Assembly (NCBI GenBank): GCA_900088475.1
Contig: FLMG01002942.1
Span: forward strand, 2,510-66,509
Length of the DNA stretch: 64,000 bases
Direction of reading: 5' to 3'
Origin: Hyphochytrium catenoides
Lineage: Eukaryota; Protista; Hyphochytriomycota
Within the stretch, counting starts at the first letter, position 1. Each line of letters begins with the position of its first letter. Positions 53,928 through 64,000 of the stretch are shown here, piece by piece. Made by a program: the position numbers and the translations under genes. Below the pieces are notes generated by a model. It made no database searches, was not told the origin of the DNA, and saw nothing but the letters and a program-made list of their open reading frames with translations.

Positions 53928-54923
53928 CTACTGCGCTGTAAGCTGAAGAAGAAGTCTATTAAAGAGTTCCACGTCATAGCAGAGCGCTGGATGAGGGAGG
54001 AGAGGAGAGAGAGGATCTCTCATCCCTCCTCCGCAGCGGAGGAAGTCTGCCATACCCTCAGAAGACACGCCAACGTCAAGACGGGTATCACTAGTCGATG
54101 GGAAGGACGCGGTAGGAACAATCCAGCTTAGAGTTGAAGGCAAGGCACTGAAGCTGCTCATCCCGCTATAGGAGAGCCCAACCACCTTTTCTTCCTCAGC
54201 CGGCGTCATAGGGTACATTCTACTCCCGTCCGATGCTGGAATCAACGTCACTTCAGACTTATCTTCTTCGGTAATGCTTTCAAAGGCTGCAGATGTCATC
54301 CGACCTTGGTCACACTGGCTAGCAGTGACACAGACAGCGTGCCCCTGGAGGTTTCCAGACAGGGAGCCGTCTGACACCTCCAGCTCATGGTCTTCGGCAG
54401 ATAGGCAGCAGAGGACACAACGCACAGCGGACTGATTGGTCGTCAAAGGGGCTTGCCAATCCTCGTCTGAGCATGATGCCGCAGCGGCGTCTACTAGGCT
54501 TTGATTCCTTAGAGTGGCACTCAAATCGTCTGAAGAAGGAGGAGGATGGCAGACGATATCTTCGGAAGGGAGAGGCAACATCCATGTAGGAGAAGACGCA
54601 TCGTGGCAAGAAGGAGAGACGGAAACTCTTTGCTCTCTACTTCCCCTGGCTATCTCCTCAGACCCTCTGGATTGTTCAACGAGTTCTCTCTGCAGTAAAG
54701 TTATACCGTTGTTCATGTCGTGCATCATCTCCAAAGTCTTGGATAGGACTGATAAGTGGCTGCGCTGTCCCCCGTAGCCCATCGCCTCCACCTTCTTCTT
54801 CAGAATGTCGAATGCTTCCGCAATGCTCTTTACTCTTCTCTTTTCTCTAGAGTTATGCTTCGCACGCTTTCTCTGGATGCAGTCACTGGCGTCCGGGCTA
54901 TCAGCTGTCCTTCTCCGAGGCAT
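53928..54923 (-). CDS. bHLH transcription factor paralog G (subfamily II), 331 aa
   Basis: MPRRR..RKRAKHNSREKRRVKSIAEAFDILK..MGYGGQRSHLSVLSKTLEMM. Confidence 0.87.
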   Translation of the reverse strand: MPRRRTADSPDASDCIQRKRAKHNSREKRRVKSIAEAFDILKKKVEAMGYGGQRSHLSVLSKTLEMMHDMNNGITLLQRELVEQSRGSEEIARGSREQRVSVSPSCHDASSPTWMLPLPSEDIVCHPPPSSDDLSATLRNQSLVDAAAASCSDEDWQAPLTTNQSAVRCVLCCLSAEDHELEVSDGSLSGNLQGHAVCVTASQCDQGRMTSAAFESITEEDKSEVTLIPASDGSRMYPMTPAEEEKVVGLSYSGMSSFSALPSTLSWIVPTASFPSTSDTRLDVGVSSEGMADFLRCGGGMRDPLSPLLPHPALCYDVELFNRLLLQLTAQ

Positions 54924-57900
54924 GTTGTCCGATATCTTCCTTTGTTGCCTTCGTTGTTGTAGCGATCTTGTCAGCCCTTCTTAGTTCACATCCATGCGCC
55001 TGAATAGGAGACTCACTATCTCCTTTGCGGAAGAAGATGGCACCGCCGCCACCGAACTGTTGTCGTGTACCTTCTTTCTCCTCTCGGGAAAGGCTGGAGA
55101 AGTGTGATCTCTTAAGTATTGCCTGTCTCGTCCTGGTGGACGTTGAGCATACCAGCAAATGATTATGCAGGAGCTCTTGTGGTCCAGCCACCAGCTCTTT
55201 AGGGCTGGCTTCCCTAAGCAAACAAACGGTCTTGCGTACTCTGAAGCTCCGCCGTCTTCATCTCCACCGGATGGCAAATAGCCAAGTGTTGATTGATGAA
55301 CCATGATGTTGGTTCGGAAGTAATAATAAATAGCAATCGCCACGGTAGGTCTGACGATCAGCCAGTAATTGCTAGGACTTAGACGGATGAGAGGGAAGAG
55401 AGAGAGAGATTTTTGTCCAGCCCGTTGCCTGGTTGTGACTCCCGTCGGTGGGGGATAAGAGAGAGGGGACGGACAAACCTTCGCCTCCGATCGCTCGTCC
55501 TGTCGAGCATCCTCCTTGGTCTCCTTGAAGAGAGGCGTCCATCGCCACGACATAGGGCAGCTTATTAGGTCATCAGCTTCGCAAGAAGAGGACAAACAAA
55601 CGGAACCACCCAGCCAGGAATGTCCTGTGAAAAGCGGGCAGCACCTAGGAGGAGAAGCAGGCATCCGTCTGCTTTTCCTCCCAGTCTCAACACTCTCTCG
55701 TAGTGTCGTCGCCCCACGCGTGACGCACCGAAATTCTTCTATGGCACCCATCAGATATGGATGACGTCCTATGTACCTAGGTGCTGCTGCTGGTGACTGT
55801 GGAAGGTCGGCGCTCGGCCAAAGGTGAGGGGGAGGCCGAGGCAGGAAGCAGGAGGAGGTAAAGAGAGCAGTTAAAGTGAAAGGCAAGGCCACCAAAAGCG
55901 TAATAACTGCACCAGTTCTTCACCTGCCTGCCTCCTACTACTGGAGAAACAGAGGAAGCCTGTCTGCTTTTCTTCTTGCCCTCCCGAAGTCCGGACGTAC
56001 GTACCCACTTATGCTGCGGATCCTCGCACAGTGATGATTCCTTTCTCCTCCTCCACCACCGCCGCCGCTTCGCCCTACTCCTAGTAGTGACCATGACAGC
56101 TGTAGCTTGGGAGAGAAATAAGTGAAGAGGAGGAGGAGGAAGAGTGTACGGACCAAGAGGCGGTGAGGAAGATGAGAGAAAGAAGAAAAGAAGCGACGAA
56201 GGAAGGTCAAAGGAAGGAATTCAGGAGAGAGATGATGGGATCCTCCTCCTCCTCCAATCAGGAGCATGACGAAGGAGGTGGGAGAAGGGTTTGGTCGTTT
56301 CCTCTACCTGGTGGAGAATTTTGGTGACCTCTGGCCCTCAAGATTCGTGTGTGATTAACTTTCCGCCTTTCGTGGTTGATATTCATGCGGAAGTCGGGTA
56401 TGATTACAGACTAACTAAGGACACACATCGTACGGGGTTATTTTGGCTGGGTTCGATAATATATTCGGTTTGGAATGGTTAATGTCGGTAGCCTAGGGAA
56501 ACAGAAGAAGAAGTAAGAGGACGATCGTCGAGGCCCCACCTTCACAGCAGCAGCGAGGGCACTAGCTAGGATAAAGAAGAAAGGGAGGAAGGGACAAACA
56601 GCGGGGACCAACATGATCTTGGATTATATAGTAGGGCTATACTTCTTGATATTCGTCCTCGTTTGTTGGTCACAGTCTCTTCTTCTTATGGACTCATCAC
56701 CGTGCATCGCTTAGTATTATTATCCCCCCTCTGTGCGCTCTGGTGGGTATGGTGGGTTGCTAGCTTTGCCGGGTTGTTGGTTGTTCCTGCTGCGGTTGGT
56801 GGTAGCAGTAGTTCTACTACTGATGAAGAGGAAGATTGCTGTTCGCTTGCCATCATCTTCGTCTTTGTGCTTTCTCTATAATAATAGTAGGAGTCTGATG
56901 ATAGGGTCGATGATTCTTCTGCGGTCGTAGATTCTCGCCTTTTTCTTCTGATGAGCTGGTGGTCGGTGGTAATAATGGAGCAGCCATCCGCAGGAGGAGG
57001 AAGGAGACGAAGGCAAATGGTGGTGGAAGCAGCTGTTGCCTTGGTGAAGCCGGAGCTCCTCCGAGACAGAAGAGCTTCTTTGCTTCGAAGACGCGGGGCC
57101 CTACTAGTTCCTTACATGGAAAGACGACGGTGGGTGGAGGAGAGGAGGAAAGAAGAAGCGTGTGCTGTCATAAAAACCATTATCGTCCATAAAGAAGACG
57201 GGAATTATCGTTGTCTCATCGGATGGTGGTGATAATAGTGTCTCAGATTGGTAAGAAAGTCGCTGCGTCCCCTTGCTAATAATGGTGAAGCAGCAGGAAG
57301 AAACGAGTACGTACTGCTAATGACGGTGCGTCAGGCACAGCTGGAAGGAGGAGGATCAGTCCTCCTTCTTCTTTTCCTTAGAAGTACCCCTTTCGGCTTC
57401 AATAATGGCCAACCTAGGTGCGTGCATCTGCATGTGCAAAGTACCGGTGATAGAAGCCCAAGACAAAGATGTGAAGAGACTTTGTGATGGTGCGATGTCT
57501 TGACTTGGTGGAGCACCTAGCAAGTTTGTTAGTTTGAAGTCGACGAAGAGGAAAAAGAGCTGGAGAACAATGACGTTCTTTATAGCAGTGTTGCTTCATC
57601 GGCAGCGCCTCCGTGGCGGCAAGCATTTCAACTCCTTACCAAGAACAACTTCCGCCTATATGCATCTACCACCGTAGCAGGAGGTCGGGTGCAAAAGGAC
57701 GGACGAAGTGCCAGAGACGTAATGTGAGGAAGAGTTGGAAGCAAAATGAAGGCCGCAGATAAGATTTTGATGAGGAAGCAAACAGCAGCAGCCTGCGCTG
57801 GAGCCACAGAAAAAGAAGGAGTATGTGTAGGCATCATCAAGGTAAGGCTCAGCAGGTATATTAGATATAGCTGGTGCTGCACGCAGCAGACAACACGTTA

Positions 57901-58082
57901 CCTGCAAACTTTTCCGCTTGAGCCGTAACCTGGTCAAAAACAGACAAAGAAGTAGTTGAGGGCCCCGGGCCCGGCCAGGAGACAGGCGGCGGTTAGAACT
58001 GTAACACTAGCAGCTGCGGCTGATGCCAAGCTACATAACTTACGTCAGAATATTATACTTTGCCCGCTTAACCGAGTGTTGC

Positions 58083-58189
58083 TCAGATCCGCCGGCGGCT
58101 TCAGCATATATCTCGGTCGTCTTTAGCAGGTAGGGTTGCAAGCAGCAGCAGCGTTGACCGAGATATGCTGAAGCAGCCGGCGGATCTGA
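58083..58189. other. Near-perfect inverted repeat / hairpin
   Basis: Arm 58083-58118 (tcagatccgccggcggcttcagcatatatctcggtc) versus arm 58156-58189 (reverse complement tcagatccgccggctgcttcagcatatctcggtc): one mismatch, one 2-nt bulge, 37-nt loop. Confidence 0.85.
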
Positions 58190-59925
58190 CGACCGAGATA
58201 TGGTAATATTATCCTTACCGAGGCGCGCTGCTGGTGGAGACATGGTAGTATTATCATATAATTGATGTATGATGATACCGGTGCTGGAAAGGGGCATCAA
58301 GAAGTTAGGCTTCGTTGTTCGTCTTACTGCTCCAGTATCTAGCCCTGCAGGGTACCGGAGGCGGAGGAAAGGGAGAGGATCATCATCCTTCTGTCTCAAG
58401 GTCGTCCTATCCGAGGCCGTACTACTAGCGGTAGCGGTTAATTATTATTCACAAAAGGCTGTGATCATAATGAGAGTCCCTTTCTCTCTTTGTTACTTTT
58501 GGTGCATCCTCCTACCTCGTTGAGGCTCGGATAAGGCGGTCACTCTCCATGGACGACGGTACTTCTTACTACTTGCTGCTGCTGCTGACGGCGGAGAACA
58601 AGTGAGCTCGCATCAGGTCGGTGGTGCTTCATCTAATAATGAGCGCAGCAGGGTGATCTTCATTTCTGATGGCAACAATAGAATATCCTGCTGTCACCAC
58701 TCTCCTCCTCGTGGACTGCTATGTATAAGGGATTAATGCCGTAGGAAGGAGAGTGTACCAGCGATGATGAGGAATAAGCTTTGGCCAGGAGAAGAAGTCA
58801 TCAATCATCATCGTCATCATCATCATCAGAAGATAGACGAAGAAGCATCAGCAGCTCCAAGCACACCGGTGCCTCCTGCTGCTGCTTCTGCTTCGTCCTA
58901 ACATTAAACCAACCCTGAGTCATTCTTGATGGAACACAACTAATTTCGGAAGTGCGAGCACTAACCACAAAATTGCTATGGAAAGCAAAGTTAGTTTCGG
59001 GAGGTGAGTTCTATCATGGTGAACGAGTTCAAGAGCAGTGGAGATGACTAATATGTTTGCATAGACCCCCTTTCGCTTGATTGAGTGTAAGGATAGAAAG
59101 GATAGAAGTCATTTCAATGATTATTAGTGGGTTTATATTTGTGGGTGGATTAGGGAGCATCGTCTGGGCCATCATCGTCGTTCCCGCCTTCTACTGCTGC
59201 CTTCTGTTGATGAGCTAGAGGCTGCTGCTGCCTGGAGCTCGAGCGAGCGAGCTGCTGGAGAAGACAGCAAAAGACGAGGACAGGTGACAAGAAGGAAAGC
59301 AGGGTTCAGTAAGAGGCAAGACCTAGGGAAGCAGCACCAGCAGCAGCAGGCAGTAGCAGCTCCACCAGCACCAGCAGCAAAAAAACACAAGGGGCACTAG
59401 AAGCGACAGCCACAGCAGCAGCAGCAGCAGCAACAGAAGCAGCACCAATAGAGGTAACAGCCACAGCCACTGGACGCGGCATCACTTAAAGTACGCGACA
59501 GAGTTCGCAGATAGTGTTTGAGGACATCGATAACCATCCATCAGTTGTTGGGTGTCCATCATCGCCATCCACACAGAGCATTACTCACAAGAGCTCCCGT
59601 AGCTCAAGCCTTGTGCGGCTAGCTGGTGGTGGGGCACAACAACCGTCTAACTTGAGGCATTCGTATGCAGTGGAACCGCGTACTACGAAGCAAGCCTATG
59701 TGATATACCCCGCCCAACAAGAGGAGATCGCTTACACCTTGCGATCCTGGTGCTCTTCTTGACGAAGGACTCAGACAAAAGCCCAAAAAAAGAGGAGCAG
59801 TGAAAAGTGGTCGAGTGAGGAAGGCCTATCAATCCCTTTGGAGCTCCTCATCCTCGGCAACTTGCAAGCACAAAGGAATAAACAGCCCTGTTTAAGTAGG
59901 GCAAAAATTTGGATAGTTACAATCG

Positions 59926-62000
59926 ATGGCTATGTCACAAGCCTCGGAGCAGGAGGACTTAGAAAGCGTCGGTAACGGAAGGAAGAAGGCTCTCCCCGTA
60001 AGACTACTGCTATTCTTTGTGCGCTAGATAGCGTTTTCTGCCCTCTTTCTCTTACGTTCTTTTCGGCTCACAGACTGTTTTAGACCAGCATGGTGACATT
60101 GCCCTTATCATGTTGAACTCTCTCCCTTCCTCCCTCTCTGTCTGTTGACCTCTCCTCTCTATCCTCTCTGGTATCTGTCACTCCTTCCCTATCGTCAGCA
60201 CTGATGATGTCTCATTATCAAGCCCATATCTTCTCGTCTCTTTTATCTGCAACACCCATGTCGGGGCCTTTCCTCACGCAGGCTAGTAACGAGGACTATA
60301 GCAAGCACGAGTACTGGGAGGAACGCTTTGAGAAGTAGGTGCCGAGAAAGAACTTCAAGCGGCTCTCTCCTTTCTCATGGCTCTAGCTTACTACATCTCT
60401 CTCACGTAATCGTAGTTTTTCACCGCCAGTCGTCATGTCCTGCTAAACCCCATCCTGTCTTCTCCTCCAAATACTGATGATTAGAGAGCTGAACAAATCT
60501 TATTCCTCCCCTTGTTGCTTGCTCGGACCAGAGAGGAGTCCTACGAGTGGCTGGTGCCTTACTCTGGCGTCTCTAGCCTTCTAGAACCCTATCTCAAGCC
60601 GACTGAGAGGATCCTTGTGGTAGGTTCACCCTTGAGCGCCACATCGGAAAGCCGAGGTCTTCTTATCAATTATAGACTCTGTCCTTCAGTCTTGGCACTT
60701 GCCCTTACTCTATACAGCCAGCAACATGTCCTGAACTCAATCCGACTTTACTTTCCTAGTTGCAGCTTTCAATACCTCAGTGTTCCTTCCTCTTAGCTTG
60801 GACATTTTCTCTATTACTTCTTATGCTTTCGGCTCTGAATGTTGACGACTCTCCTCTTCCGTGTTTTGATTATGCCGACCAGTGCAATCCCACGGCCTGA
60901 TATTCACCTCAACAGGTTGGGTGTGGCAACTCCTCCTTTTCCTCCGATCTGGTGGCTGCTGGATATCCCAATGTCATCTCCTGCGACTACTCGTCAGTCG
61001 TCATAGACAAGATGAGGGCAAAGTACCCTGAGCTAAAATGGGAAATAGCAGACATGACAAAGCTGAGAGAATACTTTGCGCCTTCATCCTTTGACATCGT
61101 CATAGATAAGGCAGCCATGGATGCTCTCATGGTACGCGTATTCTCTACCATTTACAAAGCAGCTCTGTTAGGCTCTGCAATGGTTATCTGCCCTCCCAGA
61201 CTTGCACCTGCGCACGACAGACTCTCCTCCTTCTTCTGTCAGTCAATGTAGCTTGAGTAGCTCCCGCAAGTAGCTCGGCCTGGGAGGTCGCAGTGCTACC
61301 ACTCGCTCTTGCGACTCTTGTTACGGTCGTCTGAGAGTTTCGCATTCAGCTACCTTGATGGGGTCACCTTCCTTGTATTCAAGCTTTAGTTCTCTCTTTG
61401 CTTTTCTCCTGTTCCATCGCTGTCTTGGAGTCCTATACCAACCTTCTTTGCAGTGTGCGGAGGGCGATGTCTGGAATCCTGAAAGCGCTGTGATTGAAGC
61501 CGCGCACTCGATGTGCTCTGGCGTCTCAGAAGTGCTGACAGTGAATGGAAGCTTTCTTCAGATCTCTTTCGCTCAGCCACACTTTCGAAAAAAATATTTA
61601 GAGGTGACGCGATTGAAAGAGCCTTTTCCTTACGAGCTTGGATAGCCTGCTTGTTTTCTGCATTTGCTACCGCCTCTTCAATGGTTTTTATCTAGTACGA
61701 TAGCAGATGCCGAGCTGGCAGTGATATCGACAATGCATTGTCATCTGACCGACTCCTCCTAACATGCCAAACTACGTAGGGAAGTGCTGCTTCGTCATCT
61801 CATCGCCCTGACGCTCACTATGGCTGGACCCTTGAAGTCAAGGAGATAGGTAAGGAGGCTGGCGACAGCAGTGCTTTGCATAGCAGCAGTAGAGAGCTAA
61901 TACCAAGGGTTGATTCTTGCTGTTTGCTTATTTCTGCTAATGCGCAGAGGCAGGCTTCGGCTACTTCTTCTATGCTATGAGAAAGTCTCCTTCAGGGTGA
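59926..62000 (+). CDS. EEF1AKMT4: EEF1A lysine methyltransferase 4-like (METTL13/ECE2-N family) SAM-dependent methyltransferase; exons 59926-59997, 60282-60334, 60532-60619, 60916-61131, 61454-61603, 61780-61849, 61948-62000; 233 aa
   Basis: All six introns are GT-AG and phase-consistent. Protein: LPASNEDYSKHEYWEERF..YEWL..RILVVGCGNS..DYSSVVI..ADM..FDIVIDKAAMDALM..DVWNP..LQISFAQPHFRKKYL..YGW..GYFFYAMRK. Confidence 0.9.
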
Positions 62001-64000
62001 CTCTCATGGCATATTATGGGAACTCTGACTACTGAAGGGCCAGCTGACTGTCTATGGGGAGCGCTGTCCATGAGAACGGACAAGGGTCATCGTCAAGACT
62101 GTCATGCGAGCAACAGAGAGGGCAAATGACCAGCCTGAGTGATAACGACAAAGAGCTAGAGAATAGAGCCTCTTCTAGGTAACCCTTGGGGCCCCTCGTC
62201 ATCCTCATGTTGCCTAGAGTGGCAATACCGACCACGGCAGGCCTGAGAGGAAGAGACTGGCCCGGTAACCCTGCTGCTAGTCGCCGCATAGTCCTCCCCT
62301 CTCACTCAATAAAGCGTGCACCTGAATTTCACTCATCATCAGGAGGCGATGCAATGGCAAGACAGCATTGATGATCAGCAGCCGCACATAGAACTATGCA
62401 ATTCCCTAATCCCACTCGTAAGACCCTCGTCCTCTGCTTTCATCCCTAAGGGAGTCATCACGTCTCAGCTGGCCACGGAGGGAAACATCGGCTTTCGTGG
62501 TTTGGTTTAGAAGGTTAACCAACAGCACTATAGTGTTTGACAGGCAGAAAGGGTGGAAAGAGCGAGAGACAGGACAGCACCAGGGACTAGAATCAACGTC
62601 GAAGGAATCGGCAGCCCTGCCTGTCTTTATCTGTCTCTTGTCTGGCCCTTCTGTCCATGATTATGCGTTCTTGTCCTATCTAATGTTTATCTACTTTCCA
62701 TTTACCGGTGTCTAAGGCAGTGTCGCTACTTCTTGATACGAGCGCCTCATCAGCTCTATAATTTGCTCTTATAAAGAGATGCTATGGAGCGTATCTCAGT
62801 ACTGGCAGCGCTCTCCTTTATCTGCTAATATTCTCATCATCAAAGCGTTCTTGCTTGTGATTTAGGTCAAGGAAAGCCTTGCTGTTCTTCTCTTAGGCAG
62901 GATTGACTGGATGGGATGTCTTCTCTTTCACTGTCCTGGCGATGCCGCCAGGAAGAGCCCATCAAACCACTTCAAGGGAAAGGTGGGGCACCTGGTAGCG
63001 CTGGCTAGAGTTGCTCATCATCGCCTTGAGTGGGATGCCCATCGTCCAACCTTCTTCCTGGATAACAATGCCTGAGTCCGATGGAACGCTGTTGCTCTAT
63101 CCCTTCTGTTTTGTCTTCTCCCGGTTGGTCTGGTGTCCTATCGTTCATCATCCTGTTCTTCTGTTGCCTTCTCTTACTTCCTTTTTCCTTGCGAAGAAGG
63201 CGGCCTCTTATCGTATCTTCTTCTTCTATCTCATCATCTTCATGCGGCAGAGTTCACAGAGAGTACACAGAGAGTATTGCTGGATCAATGGAAGAGTTCC
63301 TCTTCCTTCCTTGATGAGTACGCTTCATGGAAAGAGCAGAACGGAGGGCCAGGGTTTGACCATTCATCAACCGCCTTTAGCTTGTGCATAGCATGATAGA
63401 ATCAACTCCATCGTATCCATCAAAGTCGTCTTCTTTCCTCTCAATGCTGTTCAACTCTAGCCTGATGTCGACTGAGGTCCACAGTCGGGTACATTCTTCT
63501 TCCGTGCAGGGTATTGTGGGCTGCCGCTGAGCCCTCGAAGTCCAATCACCGGACAAAAGTTCTCCCCAGTCACTCAAGAAGAAGAGCCAAAAAATCCCCG
63601 TCATCCCACTTCTTTACTCACCTTCCAGCCTGGCAGGATCCCAAGCAACGCTATGAATCTAGATAGTAGAAAGACAGACGGTGACGTGCCACAAGAGAGA
63701 AAGGTCCAGGGCCCTCATCATGAGAAGCCCGCTGCTAACGAGCAAAAGCAGTTCATGGCTCCTCTTCTGTTCTCAAGGTTCTGCTTTATGACCTCATCCA
63801 ACCGTCCATCGCCGTCATTGGCCTTCTCTTTGTCGTCATCACCATTGCATCTTTTCTCTGACTGAAAGTCCTCTCAGACTCTTTTCTTGAGTTCAATCAT
63901 TTGGCCTCTCTCTCTCTCCCTGGCTCTCTCTTCTCATCACCCTCATCCTCTTTCTCTTTTCCACGTCTCACTCTCTCTCTCTCTCTCTCCCGCCTCTCTC

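Noticed and set aside
54981-55895. 304 aa ORF in frame upstream of bHLH G (readthrough idea)
   Set aside because: Non-ATG start and no domain; G has its own start homologous to D, E and F.
56340-59000. AT-richer patches at ~56.4 and ~58.95 kb as possible degenerate TIRs
   Set aside because: Only scattered short matches; no TSD or transposase.
63377-63604. Possible terminal exon of a minus-strand gene
   Set aside because: No recognisable motif and no consistent splice model within the window.
1-64000. CRISPR arrays, rRNA, tRNA, and E-box clusters near the bHLH genes
   Set aside because: No repeat-spacer arrays or RNA genes recognised; scattered CACGTG sites show no obvious enrichment.

Overview
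Eukaryotic genomic DNA with GT-AG introns, many CT/GA microsatellites and decayed LTR retrotransposons. The lineage cannot be fixed from sequence alone; the kinase style hints at a stramenopile-like protist. The main feature is a ~50 kb cluster of seven paralogous, unusual bHLH transcription-factor loci in two convergent subfamilies. Three + strand copies have one intron (5.5 kb, frameshifted; 12.9 kb and 19.0 kb, intact and part of a recent ~4 kb duplication). Four - strand copies are apparently intronless (33.6, 42.3, 47.2, 53.9 kb). Between the arrays is a three-exon single-pass membrane kinase-like gene with a degenerate DFG. The left edge has a spliced zinc-knuckle/DUF6729-like putative transposon gene that the ORF track misses because it runs off the window. 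The right side has a 7-exon EEF1AKMT4-like methyltransferase. Also present: Copia and Gypsy relics, two related LTR-like elements, a ~480 bp tandem duplication and a ~107 nt hairpin. All splice models were derived by hand and no searches were run.
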